From positions 282,539-346,538 of the forward strand of contig NIVC01001300.1 in assembly GCA_002269645.1 (NCBI GenBank): a stretch of DNA of 64,000 nucleotides. The letters are read 5' to 3'. Below, piece by piece: positions 23,601 through 37,718 of this stretch (the stretch's first letter is position 1; the number at the start of each line of letters is the position of its first letter). Origin of the DNA: Macrostomum lignano. Its lineage: Eukaryota. A program made the position numbers and the translations under genes. Under the pieces are notes generated by a model. That model worked only from the letters and a program-made list of their open reading frames with translations, did not search any database and was not told the origin of the DNA.

Positions 23601-25783
23601 CGAGTGCGAGCGAGTGCCTTGTCAGAATTCGGAGCCGTCTGCAAGGACCTGGTAGCGGATTATGCCTGCACCGGCTGCCCCGCTGAGTTCGGAGGCAAAA
23701 ACTGCAGCGTCAGACTGACTGGCTGCGACTCCAGCCCGTGCCAGAACAATGCTACTTGCGAGCCGCTGCTTCTTCAGGAGCTGCCGTCACCTGCTCACGG
23801 ACATCGCTGCACCTGCAAGCCTGGCTGGTCTGGACCGCAGTGCAACGAGACCACTCTAGTTTCATTCAGCGGGACGTCCAGTTTCAGCGCCAATTTCACC
23901 ACAACAGCTGACTGCACTTTCGAGCTGTCGTTCCGCACGACTCTCGCCCACTTCGACCTGGTCCGGCTCTCGTCTCACTGGGGAGACATCCGAGTCGGCG
24001 CTCACGACTCCAGTCTCGTGCTGTTGTTCTTCAATGCCTCATCGTCTGTGATTGGTCGAGTCGCTTGGCCAATCAGTGACAGCTTGGCCTCTGCTGATTG
24101 GCTGACGCTGTCGGTCTCGCTGACCAATGGCAGTGCGACATTGAGTCGCAGTGAGTCGGGAGTGAGTCAGCTGCCTCGAGCACAGCTGGTCGACGGTCTG
24201 TCGGACTCATTCAAGCCGAACAGTCGAATGTCGGTTCGTGTCGGCGGCGAGAGCGGATCCGGCATCGACGGCGGCGGCTTCCGCGGCTGCGTCAGAGACC
24301 TGCGGCTCGTGACGAACGACTCGACATTGGTAGCAACGGAGACCACGGCGGAGTCGAGCAACGCGTCCTGGGGAGTCTGCAGTCGGTCGGTGCAGTGCGG
24401 CAGCCCGTCGCCTTGTGAAGTAAAGACGAGCTCGATGTGCTCAGATGTGTGGAATGACTTTGTGTGCCACTGCGCTGCGGACTTCGGAGGTCAAAACTGC
24501 TCTGTTGAGCTTCCATCGTTCTCACTGGGTGTGGGCGGCAGCGTGTCATCAGCGAGGTTCGCGTCTGCAGCAGGTGTGTCAAGTGTGTATGGCGGAGACT
24601 CGTGGACGATTGAGCTGAGGCTGGTGACTTTGTCTCGAGCAGCATTTCTGCTGCTGCTGGGCGACCCGAGCGACTTGGCGACCACTCCGAGACTGCTAGT
24701 TACGGTCAGTGTCCTTGTGGTGCTCCTCTGTAGATGTTCAAGGTGTTTTAAAGTCAGTTTTTGCTTTAAAATCTTTTCAGATCGATCACGATGGCCGTCT
24801 GTCCGCCCAGTTACTGCACGGCAACGGCTCCCTCATCGCAGGGCTGACGTCCCCAGACTCGGTGGCCAATGGAAGCTTCGTCTCAGTGAAGATCTCCGTG
24901 TCGATATCGGGTCGCTCACTGTCGCTGTCAGTGTCATCTTCAGTCAGGTCGGCATCGCTGAGCATTGCGAGTCCGCTGCCGCAGCTGTCAGGCCAGCTCA
25001 TCATCGGCGGCTTCAGCGGCGCCAAGCCAGCTCCAGCTCCATCGTTTAATCCCAGCAGGCGATCAAGACGATCGCTGGCGTCACTGCCAACTGCCGTTGC
25101 TCGGCTTCTTTCATCAAATATTTCTGCGTTTCGAGGTGTTATAGGCGCCACTAAAATTAATTCAGACCGGGCGTTGATCCTCAAACAAAACGATTCCAGT
25201 TGGACCGACAGGCTTCCAGCAGCCATTGTTGCCAGCAAGTCAGTAGGAGTCGCTTTATCTCTAAAGTTGAAACTCGTTGCGAGACTTCAAAATCTTGTCA
25301 GAATGACGCTACGTGTTGGAATTTTTTCTTTGTCACGTATAGGTAAGTTTATTAGCAATAGCTAATAAAATAGTCATTTATCATCGCACGTGAGTCCGAA
25401 CTGTTGCAGGTGTGAGTGCGCAGCTGGGTGGCACGGTCCCACGTGTTCTGAGCCGGACTCTATAACAAGGATTCAAAACAAGACTCACCGCCTAGAAGTG
25501 CGAGTGCCTTGATCGCAGGAATTGTTTCATCCACGATCATTATCATTGGCGCCTGCATTGGTGAGTCCGTTGTTTCACATAACTAACGAGCGAGGCTTCG
25601 TTATTCTGTTTAAATTCATTTTCACCTGCAGGTACTCTTGTTTTCCTGAAGCTCCGACGAGCTCACGAAGTGAAGCATCGAGGTCCGTGGGACAGATTCG
25701 ACTTGAACGGCCCAACCGGTGTTCGAGTTGGACACCTGAGACCGGACGGAATGCCGCCGTGTCCACAGGAGGTGTTTTTCTGA
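20652..25783 (+). pseudogene. Crumbs-like paralog D (signal peptide, 7 EGF, LamG1, EGF, LamG2, EGF, TM, 'PQEVFF' tail) with three frameshifts; pseudogene or assembly errors
   Basis: Exons 20652-20691, 20790-21035, 22416-22703, 23438-24704, 24781-25342, 25410-25560, 25632-25783. Frameshifts at ~23629 (+2, giving TAG at 23653), ~25253 (-1 in a T run) and ~25455 (14-nt insert). Crumbs signature [38 protein letters not shown]. Confidence 0.8.
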
Positions 25784-26592
25784 GCAGTCGATTGGTTCCT
25801 GTCAGTTAAGAAAAATCAGGCTGCTATTATTGTTGACATCCCATTGATTGTAGACATCTTAATTCCTTTACCATTTACCGAAATTCTAATTTTCATTAAG
25901 CAAGTACTTGGGCCCCACATCTTAGCTTATTCTCATTTGAAAAGATCTACGTCTCTACGAGTACTTAGCTCCGTCATTTATTTAAAAAATGTTTATGTAC
26001 GTTTCTTGGGTGCAGAATATCCAGAACCTTCTTAAAGCGCGATAGACTATTTTAAGATTCACAAAATCTCATTGCTTCATCCCCTTGAGTGTTCTATTAT
26101 AAATTTACTTTAGGATTTTTCACGCTGGATCTCAGGCTCTGGCCAGCCTAACTTTCTTTTTTTGAAATTCGGCTTCTTTATTTTTATTATTTTACGCTCG
26201 AATTTGAACAAGGTAACAGAAATATTTTGACAGCTTTTACCGTAAAATCAATGCAGACGGAAAGGTATTTTTATATGAATTAAATACGCCTCTACTGCGC
26301 TGGTGTTCGGCGGCCAAGGTTTTCTTTATCTAGAGAAATTATAAGCAATGTACATGACAACAAAACCAGTGCCCGGTGCCCTATGACCTCACACAATTGA
26401 CGGCTTAAAGGCTTTTTTGTGCCATCGAATAGCATCAAACAACTCCAACGGTGTACACAGGCCATGTAATTCAAAATTTGCCTTCCTTTATGGTGACGTG
26501 ATTACAAATGGTTTTGCCATGGTTTTTTAGTGGGGGAAAAAGTCAAGAATTCTACCTGTACATGTACGTTATTTCCAGAATCGGTGTTGTCA

Positions 26593-26953
26593 GCGCTCAT
26601 TTTAGCGCCGCAGGCACTCATTTTAGTGCCGCAGGCACTCATTTTAGCGCCGCTGGCACTCATTTTAGCGCCGCTGGCACTCATTTTAGCGCCGCTGGCA
26701 CTCATTTTAGCGCCGCTGGCACTCATTTTAGCGCCGCTGGCACTCATTTAAGCGCCGCTGGCAGTCATTTTAGCGCCGCTGGCACTTATTTTAGCGCCGC
26801 TGGCACTCATTTTAGCGCCGCTGGCACTCATTTTAGCGCCGCTGGCACTTATTTTAGCGCCGCTGGCACTCATTTTAGCGCCGCTGGCACTCATTTTAGC
26901 GCCACTGGCACTCATTTTAGCGCCGCTGGCACTTATTTTAGCGCCGCTGGCAC
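26593..26953. repeat. 21-bp minisatellite (tcattttagcgccgctggcac), about 17 units
   Basis: Directly visible; same family as 6003-6148. Confidence 0.93.
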
Positions 26954-28771
26954 CATATTTAGACACACTGAAGCAATTTTTTTTTTCAAAACGGGTCATG
27001 TGGATGCTGGGGACAAAACATTGGCCCCCTGGCCCCCTGTACCCCCCCCCTAACCGCCCTCCCCTTTCGGTGGCGACGCTCCTGAGCGTGAACGATCCTT
27101 AAAATGGAGAACAACTTAAACACCGGAATTGAGCCGGATCTTAAGGCTTGATTCCTTGCGAAGCTATGGAAGTGCTCCAAAATCGATGTCTCAAAGTTTT
27201 GAACTCTACTTGTTTCTGGACTATTTTTACTGATGATGTTAAGGGTATCTACAATAGTTGATTAATTGCGTTGGAGTAAAGTGCATGTGTAGTAAAGATA
27301 CGTGTACACGGGGCAAAAGCAACTCAGCGGTATAAACGTGCGCCTGACTCTGATGCCTTAGCCACCGCGGTTCTATCCCGTTATTATCGGATTAGAAAGA
27401 CAGAACGGATGTACACTTTGTGTGTGTGTGCCTGTGTTCTGGCCGTCAGCGAGATGGTTGCCAGCAATGTCGCCAGGGCAAACCTGTAATTATTATCATG
27501 AAAGACTTATTATGAAGATTACTATACAGCCCAAAGTAAAACCCAATTGACTGTACAATGGATGACTGCCCGCTCGGACTCCTTTTACCTTTTGCAGCTT
27601 AAGGAAGGGACTTGGATGCGATGCCTCAGTGTTTCTACTCAGTTTGGTCCGTAGCTTCACTTTAAGCTTCATTCTGGCGCTTGGTTGACACCCCTTTAAG
27701 CGATAGAAGTCAGTATAGTAGCCAGTGAGGTGACCACATGGGTTCATCTATTAGCTTGCTACCGCATAAGGGCGCTGTCACAAATAGTGACACGAACTTG
27801 CACTACTAATTCGATGTGACGATGTGGCTGTCCAGGCTTCCAAATCTACGTCGTAAGTGTTTAATATGCTGTTACAACTTCTATATTTGATGAAGTTGAC
27901 AAAGAATCTTGAATTCACAGTTTGGATAAGTTGATTTTGTCCACAAAAATTGATTCCGTAATTATCAGTTGGTTCACATTGCTTCGGGGTCAATTGCAAG
28001 TACTGCTATCTTTCGACTGTGTTTTGAACTTTCATGAATTTTAATGCAGCATTTTTTATTGAGGATTTGATAAGATTCTCAATATCCTAAACGCAGCAGT
28101 GTTTTTTTCTACTTGCTTTTTTGCTTTCGCTAGACGTAAAGCAGCTTGAGCGCACTTGCGCATACTTGACAAAAGAAAATGCGTAGGCGCATTTACGTGT
28201 TTTCTACTGGTGTACTCATGGTGCTAGTCATCTTTTTTCGTTGCCTTAATGTTCTATATGCTGAGCAAAGACATTGTTTGGGCTTTACGCCCATATATGC
28301 AGCCCTATTATATATATGAAAAACAAGTGGCTTCTCTGCTCTAGAAACAGTTCGTTTAAGTTTTGTAAACAAGCTATTTTTAGCAACAATAGAGAATCCA
28401 GGATTCTGCGAGTATAAGAAAATTGGCTACTTTATATGTATTGCTCAGTGAGCTGCATTATGCTATAAAGGTGTTTTTAAGAGTAAAAACAAACATTAAT
28501 TTATTCTAAGAAGTCGAAAAGAGTTACTTAGACGCATCAACTTACGAGCGTAGCTTTTTACCGAAGTAAACCTTTTGATACCACCATCAATATGGCAAAA
28601 ATGCGAGTCTACTCATGAACCTCTGCGACTTATTGGAAGAAGTTTTGTAGATTGCTAAGTAACTTTTTAATAAATTCAAGATTTCTTTAAAGCGCAAAGG
28701 ACATGAATAAGGTATTTTTTTAATCACAATGTCTTTTACTTTTGAGAGACTAGCAGACAACAGTAGGGGCA

Positions 28772-28998
28772 CCAGCCATAAGAGAGGGGCACCCACCGAG
28801 AGACAGGGGCGCCCACCAAGAGACAGTGGTGCCTACCAAGAGACAGTGGGCCTACCAAGGGTGCCCACCAAGAGACAAGGGTGCCCACCAAGAAACCGGG
28901 CCGGGTGTCTACCAAAGAGACAGTGGTAACTACCAAGAGACAAGGGTGCCAAACAAGAGACAGTGGCACCCACCAAGAGACAAGGGCGCCCACCAAGG
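28772..28998. repeat. Degenerate ~20-bp tandem repeat (cccaccaagagacaagggtg) about 170 bp upstream of the predicted ATG of E
   Basis: ccaagagaca cores recur at roughly 20-bp spacing. Confidence 0.75.
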
Positions 28999-29170
28999 TA
29001 TGAAATATTGGCATTTTTCAGGCTCTCTTCCATCAATACTTCTGCGTGCGCAACTGCTTCCTCCTGACTAAGCTAATGCCTCTTCTAGTAACTTATAATC
29101 ACTTAATACCACCAGAAAACTTAGAAAAGACAAAGTACTGAAAATAACTAATAATTTACTTGCATTGTCC

Positions 29171-32100
29171 ATGTTTGACGCTCATTTTACGTTGGTGATT
29201 TCACTCAGCTGTTCAGTTGTAGGTTCTATAAGTAGCTAGCTTCGAGTAAATCGTTTCTTCTGACTCATACTACTCACCTGCAGTTCTTTGCAACGGTTTT
29301 GCTCGCAATCGCCTTCAATCCGCTCGTCTTTGCCAGAAGAGTAAAATGCGATTTGAAATGCAAAAATGGTGGAACATGTGAAAAACAGCAAGGTACAGAC
29401 GTATGTACTTGCAGCCCTGGTTACAACGGTGAGTACTTTTGTTGACAAAGCAGACTGCAAGGCTATATCAAGACTCATGGGGGTATTGCTGAAATTATGT
29501 GGCTCATTGGGAAAGTGCTGACATGTAAAGGTTTAATTTGGCAATTTCTACTTTTTTAAAGCTCCTGGCGGGATTTCTTACATGACAAGACTCGTGTGGG
29601 GAATAGCTGAGGTTTCAAGGCTCCTGGGCGGATTGCTCAAATGTCGTGGCTAACATGGGGAATAGCTAAAATTTTTGAAGCCCATCGGAAAATCAAATCC
29701 CAAATATATATGCCCAAATTATCTAAACAATTCGTCTTAATTTTAATTTAATTAAGGCACATTATGTGAGAATAATATACGAGTAGATGACTGCGCCAGC
29801 AAGCCCTGCGCCAACGGCCTGTGCTCAGACTTGGTGAAAAACTACAGCTGCAGCTGCTTCACAGGCTGGGAGGGCAGGAACTGCTCAGTGGACACTGACT
29901 ACTGCCTGTCAGGGCCCTGTCAGAACGGCGGCGTCTGCAGCGACGGAAACTCCACGTGAGTAGTCTGAGCCATCGGGAAGCTGCAAATGCGTTTTGGCAT
30001 GTGCCAAAGCCTCAGATTGGAATGCTTCACCAATTGCATTGCATATATGTAGAATGCACATCTAGTTTTCTTTGTTATAAGCTGTAGCGATGGAGGCAGG
30101 CTGCATTGACAGCAACGGAAAGAGAGTTTTTTTCTATTTAATAGTATGATATACGATTATATGATATTTCGGGCCGAAAAGCCATAGAAAATAGAAAATA
30201 AAAGTGTTACAAGCGCCTCAGAGGTGTGTTTGAATACAGCACTGTATTAGCAGACGAAAGCAGAAGGCGCGGGGATGGCGAGGAAGACGGCCGAAGGATG
30301 GCATGCGAAGCGACCCCGTCTAGCAAACATTGAAGCTTAAAACTTTGTTGAGTAAAACAGGAGGAGAAACAAAAAAACATAAGATAAAAGAAAAATCGGA
30401 AAAATATTACGACAGCAGAGCGCACGCACATAAAGGGCCAACTGCCCCACCACCCCATGCACCCTCACACACGCCCGAACAGAGAACAGCACGAGCTAAC
30501 TGGAAGTTTGGTTTTAAGAATTTTTGTGAAAGCATAGTGAAGCCTAATTTCCTTAGAAACTGCAGAAAGTTTTCTTAGTATTTGGAGCATATTAACCCAA
30601 AAATTACTTGAATGTCGCCTTATCCTGTGCATGTGAATAATCTGTGCTGTGCATGTTTTTCTGATAATTCTGACGGTCGTGCCTGAAAATTTGAGAACAC
30701 AAGCACACAAGAGACACCTATTGATTCACCCAATGCTGGTCACGACTTCCAAGAGGATTCTTAGTCCGATTAAAAATTACTAATAAAAATTTAGCAAAAC
30801 TTTCACAACAATTGCGCCACTGACTATCTGGACTAAGAGAAGTTTTTTGTATCAATGTAAATCAAACACGCCAAATATTATTACAGCATGTGACAGTTAA
30901 AAAGGCTTTGTTAAAATAGTCACCAACACTATAATCAAAAGACAAACATAGCCGAATGAAATCAACTTCGTCTTTTCAGCTTCACCTGCGACTGCTCTCG
31001 CGTTGACTTCCAAGGCGCCACCTGCAGCTCCAAGATCGATGACTGCGCGTCGAGCCCGTGCCAGCACGGCGGCAGGTGCACCGACGGTGTCAGGAGCTTC
31101 ACCTGCGACTGCACAGACACGGGATTCACAGGTGACAGGTGCCAAAGCAACATTGATGACTGCGCCAGCAAGCCCTGCATCAACGGCCTGTGCTCAGACT
31201 TGGTGAAAAACTACAGCTGCAGCTGCTTCACAGGCTGGGAGGGCAGGAAATGCAGCATCAACCACAACGACTGTCCGACGGGCGCCTGCCTCAATGGCGG
31301 CAGGTGCATTGATGGCAACGGCACGTGAGTTCTCCTCGACTTGGTTCAGCTGCAGCTGAGGGCTGGGCGTCTGGATGCAGCGGGAGGCCTAGTGGCTACT
31401 TTAACTAATATGAAGTCTAAATACGATTCTTTAACTACAAAACATTACTCCAAGTTATATAAACGACGTTTTAAACAGTCAAAAAATTATCACAAGAAAC
31501 CGCTGATGGAGATGCTCTGAGCAGATCTGTTATCTGACAGATATAAGAGCCGAGTTTGCAGTTAGTATTGCATATACACCTACGACTATTTAGACACGGG
31601 ATTCACAGGTGACAGCATTTTCAGTAACCTCACTTATGATCCGTTTTCGAATAAATTTATCTTGACTGCACCCAGTTACTAACAGAGCGAGGTCAGCTTA
31701 ATAAAAGATCAACACACACACACACATCTACGCATATACCAAACAATGTTCAATCTAACTTTCCCAAGAAACTGTTGAATATTTACAGTACAGTGATTCT
31801 ACCCAATGATGGCAAGGATTTCCAACGGAATTAGCTATCAGGACTAGAAGTTTGTAGAAGTTGTCGCTTCAAGCTACGTACGTCGTATGTCTTCAGTATG
31901 ACACTGGAAAGCAGATATTTGTTTAAAAAAAGCAATATCACTTTCAAGAGCCAGTTCAGAAATAGAAAGCCACACGTATCGGAATGAAATAAACGTCTTA
32001 TTTTCAGAAAAATAAATATAAATATCTAATATATAAATATATATAAGAATAGGCGTAGAGTAAAGTATGGAGATTGCGAATACGTTGATCGGGTTTCTGC

Positions 32101-35100
32101 CTTCACTTCGAATACCTTAAGCAAGTGGTCCGCACCGTTGTGAAAAAATTGAACATTTAGATTTGGTTTCTGGTTTTTAATTTACATATAGATTTGAGAA
32201 AATTTCGCCTGAAATCAATAATTCTGAACTGCCGAGTTTCCACACTGTTACAACAGCTGTTGCAGCAGAGCTGGTGGTCCTGGATAGCCAAATTTTTTAA
32301 CCAATTTTCTTTTAAACTAGTGTCTTTTGGTTTTATCTATATAAGAAATAGGAAGAAAGTTGGAAAAAGTTAAAAAATAATCTATGCTGTTATTTCCATT
32401 TCTGTGTCCATTTTTAAGCATGCTACCTAACCTCAATTTTTCCATTCAGGTTCACCTGCGACTGCTCTGCCACCGACTTCAACGGACCGAACTGCCAGAG
32501 CCGCATTGACGACTGCGCCAGCAACCCGTGCAGCCACAACGCCACCTGCACGGACGGGCACAGAGACTTCAGCTGCAGCTGCTTCAGCGGCTACTCGGGA
32601 AAGACCTGCTCCGATGACGTGCCGGACTGCTCGCCGAATCCGTGCAAGTTCGGTGCCGCCTGTCTGCAGCGCAGCAACCAAGCTCTGTATGGAAAACCGA
32701 CACTGCAAGCGCCGTTCAACGGCAGCTTCCGCTACGCGCTGGCTGCCGGTTTCGTCTGTCTCTGCCAAAATGGTGAGGAGATCCGGTACATCCTAAATTA
32801 ATTCCAACCTAAATTAATTTTCATTTAACTGCAACAGGTACCTACGGAGAAACCTGCTCCATCAACCCTAACGACTGTCTGGACCCGGCCACCAACCGCA
32901 GCGTGTGCGCTCACGCGTCAAACTGCACGGATGGCCTGGCCTCATTCACCTGCCACTGCCTGCCCGGCTACGAGGGTCCGACCTGCTCAGTCGACATCGA
33001 CGAGTGCGAGCGCTTCGGACAGCCGTGTCAGAACGGAGCCGTCTGCAAGGACATGGTAGCGGATTATGCCTGCACCGGCTGCCCCGCTGAGTTCGGAGGC
33101 AAAAACTGCAGCGTCAGACTGACTGGCTGCGACTCCAGCCCGTGCCAAATGAACGAGAAGTGCAAACCTCTGCTTCTTCGCGAGCTGCCGTCACCTGCTC
33201 ACGGCTATCGCTGCACCTGCAAGCCTGGCTGGTCTGGACCGCAGTGCAACGAGACCACTCTGGCGTCATTCAGCGGAAGCACGGCCTTCAGAGTCTTGCT
33301 GGACAGCTCCAAGTTGAGCACGACAACTGATTGCACCTTCGAGCTGTCGTTCCGCACGAGTCTCGCCCACTTCGATCTGGTCCGGCTCTCGTCTCACTGG
33401 GGAGACATCCGAGTCGGCGCTCACGACTCCAGTCTCGTGCTGTTGTTCTTTAATGCCTCGTCGTCTGTGATTGGTCGAGCCGATTGGCCAATCAGTGACA
33501 GCTTGGCCTCTACTGATTGGCTGACGCTGTCGGTCTCGCTGACCAATGGCAGTGCGAAATTGAGTCGCAGTGAGTCAGGAGTGAGTCAGCTGTCTGGAGC
33601 ACAGCTGGTCGACGGACTGTCGGACTCATTCAAGCCGAACAGTCGAATGTCAGTTCATGTCGGCGGCGAGAGCGGATCCGGCATCGACGGCGGCGGCTTC
33701 CGCGGCTGCGTGAGAGACCTGCGGCTCGTGACTGGCAACTCGACATTAGTCTCTACGGAGACCACGGCGGAGTCGAGCAACGCCACCTGGGGAGTCTGCA
33801 GTCGGTCGGTGCAGTGCGGCAGCCCGTCGCCTTGTGAAGCAAAGACGAGCTCGATGTGCTCAGATGTGTGGAACGACTTTGTGTGCCACTGCGCTGCGGA
33901 CTACGGAGGCCGAAACTGCTCCGTTGAGCTTCCATCGTTCTCACTGGGTGTGGGCGGCAGCGTGTCATCAGCGATGTTCGCGTCTGCAGCAGGTGTGTCA
34001 AGTGTGTATGGCGGAGACTCGTGGACGATTGAGCTGAGACTAGTGACTTTGTCTCGAGGAGCGTTTCTGCTGCTGCTGGGCGACCCGAGCGACTCGGCGA
34101 CCACTCCGAGACTGCTCGCTACGGTCAGTGTCCATTCTGGTGCTCATTTGTGGATTTCATCAGATCTCCTAAAGATAATTTTCGTTTAAATATTTTCAGA
34201 TCGATCACGACGGCCGTCTGTCCGCCCAGTTACTGCACAGCAACGGCTCCGACATCGCAGCGCTGACATCCCCAGACTCGGTGACCACTGGCAGCTTCGT
34301 CTCCGTGAAGATCTCCGTGTCGAAATCGGGTCGCTCGCTGTCGCTGTCAGTGTCATCTTCAGTCAGGTCGGCATCGCTAAGCAGTGCGAGTCCGCTGCCG
34401 CAGCTGTCAGGCCAGCTCATCATCGGCGGCTTCAGCGGTTTTCGGGCAGCTCCAGATCCATTGTCGAGCCGCCGAGGCAGATCAAGGAGATCTGTTGGTC
34501 TGCTACTGTCAAGCCTTGCAAATATCACTGCATTCCGTGGATTAATTTCAGCTCCTCGAGTTAACTCTCTGTGGCCGTTGATTCTAGATTCAAGTAGAAA
34601 CATTTCTCTGGATTATTGGCCTCATGCTATCATTGCCACCGAATCTGTTGGTGTTGTCACTGGCATTGTCCACGATAGCGTATGCGAGTATGACTCTCCA
34701 TGCATGAATGGGGCAACATGCACGAATACATTTTTCAATAGCTACAAGTAAGTTTTTTTATGCATGTAGTAGGTAATTTATCCATCTTCCAGTGTATATT
34801 TTAGTAACTGTATAATCGCACGCACCATGTTTGCAGATGCCATTGCTCAGCTGGCTGGCACGGTGCCAACTGCAACAAAGCAGATTCTGCAAAGCAAACA
34901 AAGCAGGAGATAGGCAATAATGCTTCTCTGGCATTAATCGCTGGTAGTTGCGCCGCAGCAGTTGCTGCCATCGCTGCGTTTGTTGGTAAGTCGAAGTTCG
35001 CTCCCGCTTTTTTTTAATTTGTCGTCATGCCACCTGTATTTTTCCTAATCAACAGGTATTTTTATTGTCGTGAGGCACAAGAAACTGGCAGCCGAGAAGC

Positions 35101-35213
35101 TGATAAGTAAATCATACTGGGCCACCTTAGATCTGGACGGGCCCACAGGAGTTCGTGTTGGACACCTGAGATATGACGGTGTGGCGCCCGTTCCGCAAGA
35201 AGTGTTTTTCTGA
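29171..35213 (+). CDS. Crumbs-like paralog E (~1066 aa, intact): signal peptide, 11 EGF, LamG1, EGF, LamG2, EGF, TM, 'PQEVFF' tail
   Basis: Exons 29171-29218 (tentative), 29284-29428, 29757-29955, 30980-31324, 32450-32772, 32838-34123, 34200-34747, 34837-34985, 35056-35213; phases agree, total 3201 nt. Signature EGF CLQRSNQALYGKPTLQAPFNGSFRYALAAGFVCLC resembles the CLQRS..LYG..F..AAGF.C.C insert EGF I recall from Crumbs/CRB2. Confidence 0.88.
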
Positions 35214-37718
35214 ACTGGTAAATAAATGGCTTAGTAAATTGAGCAATTGATGCTTGTGAAAATGTAAAATTTACATAACTCTTAACGACGTAATGTAAGT
35301 AATTTAATGTTACCATGACTTTTCTCCTCAATTTCATTAAGCTTTTCGATATCATTTTCAGCGGTGCTTTTTCCGGAATAACTTTTTCAATTTTACATTT
35401 TGTTTATGACAAACCTCGTTATAAATCACAACATCTTGTCTTTACTCGCTTCTATTTTTGGAAGTTCGCGCCATCAAACTTATTAATAGAATAACAACAT
35501 TACTATGTACACTATTTCATCCGATATTTTTTAAACTACGAGCGCACATATTAAACTGACTACAGATTTTTATGCAGATGTTTCCACGTATAAAATGTAA
35601 AAATGTAAAATGTAATAATGTAAATAATGAAATATGTAATATAAATGTAATAAATGTAATAATAAATGTAATAAAATGTTATAAAATGTAAAAACTCGAA
35701 AACAATGTAAAATGTCGGATAAAATACCAGTGTCATAACTGCATATTTGCTCCTATGAAATCTACTACAAGTTCAAAAACAAATATTGATTTGGTTTAAG
35801 TAACCAGAGAAGATTTTGGCTCAGTTTATCTCTACGATGACGCTGCCGTCATTGAAGCTTTTATAATTGATGCGATTGATTTTTGATGAGATCCGACACA
35901 GCACCTACTAAAAGCCTCACCAATCGATAATTTCCTGTTCAACTTCTCTAAGAGGTCGTCAGGTATACTGTTCTCGAGAGGAAGTAGCTTATTTTTTGTT
36001 TGACTGTATGTGAGAACGAGGTCAACTACTGTTTTTGATAGAAGTTTCTTGGTTGGTTGCAGTCCTAACAGCGTTTTTGGTTATAAAACAACAAATTTTA
36101 TGACCGTGTAAATCCGATAAGCTCCCATTTTTGCTTTGTTTTATTGTGTATCCTCCGCTTCTCTGCTTAGTTTCAGGTCCAACATGTTAAATGGGACATC
36201 TGACTTTTTAAACTTACTGGTCAGCTCAGTATCAATAAATAAACATGGTGGGACCGGCTTTTCAATAGTTCAGTTCATTTCGGATCCCGAGGTAACAGAA
36301 TTAAATTTTGAGTGTAATTATAACATAGCTACCCAATTCCGTCTGATACGTAGGTCCCAAAGCAGCAGCATTGCGGGCGTGCAGCTGGATCCTGTTGCTA
36401 AGAAATTTCAGCAAGATATCAGCATAGGGAATTCGAAAAACAGAACTTCTAAGTTCAAGATGAAGCGACTCGAGGGCTACGTGAGCTAACTCAGTTATAC
36501 AACCTTGTCGAAGCGGCTTTTCTGATAGTAGTGTTATTTATCTGTCAATTTTGAAGTAAAGAAACTCCATGTTCACTTGTTGCAAGGGACATTGTTGAGA
36601 CTTGATCGTATAGGGACATGCAGGAACAGATATTAATTTTGTTGAAAAGAACAATAGCTATCTAAAAAAAGATCACATTGACCTGCCATAAATGTTTAGA
36701 AACTAAACGCATCACCTGACTGACTCAAATTTTGACGCCCTAATAGGCTGCTTTTAAAATTATTTATGATCCAGTTATTATAGAACAAGAAATTCAAAAG
36801 TAAAAAAGACAGAATAAGGGGCACAAAAGGACTACTGAGTATTGAGTAGTACCTGGGGGCACGGAGGCAAAAATGAAAACAATAACAAAAATAACAAATT
36901 TAAAAAAATAGCAAAAAACTGTCAGTCAGTTCACAAAAAGTTCATCGTCAGTGCGCGTATCACAGAGAAAGACGACAAAAACAAGTTTGTGGTTAGAGTG
37001 TGAGAACCGCGCCGATGTAAGATTTCTATCAAATGAGCAGGCAAATGTTCGTACACACTAACTGGAAGACAATGGCTGTGTTAGGGTATGAGTCTGTCTT
37101 GTTAAAGAAATTTTGCTTTATAGCACCGACTGCCAGAGAAATGGTAAATAAAACCTAAGTATTTTGCAGACAGAAAGACGAGCAAAACAGCGATATTTAC
37201 ACACATCTGCCCAATGTATCTTTCTCATCACGCTGTGTAAACGCCTGGTGAGAGACTTAGACTTTACTCACCTGAGCGTAGATCCTGCCCCAGACAGCTG
37301 CACTTGCAGATCATGCAAAATTCCATTGAGGCCAGATTTCGATGTGATTGAATTTAAAAAAATAAATAAATGCACCTTCATTTGTGACCTCTCCCTATTT
37401 TTAGAAGCAAACCTTGACCTACTGTGGATTGAAATGGTTAACAAAATCATATCATATTTGCAATATGTTTGCAATGAGGTGCATGTGTATCATAAGAAAC
37501 ATATGATGTTTATTTATGAAAAACTTCAAAGTGATGTCGACAAAACGCACAGCAACACATAACCTGTTCGGAACAGAAACTCCAAGACATCATGTCCAGG
37601 ACCACAAGAAGTTACCGTTGAAAGAAAGATTCTGGAAAGAAATTAAACCATAAAACTTGGGTTGCATAAGCAAATACATTATTTGTTGTTTTGCTTTAAA
37701 TAAGCAAAACAGCAAAAA

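Noticed and set aside
26502-27053. SASGAKM / HFSAAGT repeat ORFs
   Set aside because: Translation of the 21-bp minisatellite.
12316-34123. Notch, Delta/Jagged or fibropellin identity for the EGF arrays
   Set aside because: No LNR, ankyrin, DSL, CUB or avidin domains seen; LamG domains, the Crumbs insert EGF and the adjacent ERLI gene point to Crumbs.
35056-35213. Neurexin/Caspr identity suggested by LamG-EGF-LamG and a hydrophobic C-terminus
   Set aside because: The long N-terminal calcium-binding EGF run and the Crumbs-type EGFs do not fit, and there is no discoidin or fibrinogen-like domain. A phylogeny would be the final test.
35750-37562. Possible gene remnant between E and 7SL (ORFs 36136-36489, 37164-37562 and minus-strand pieces)
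   Set aside because: No recognisable domain and no consistent exon chain; a BLASTx search would be needed.
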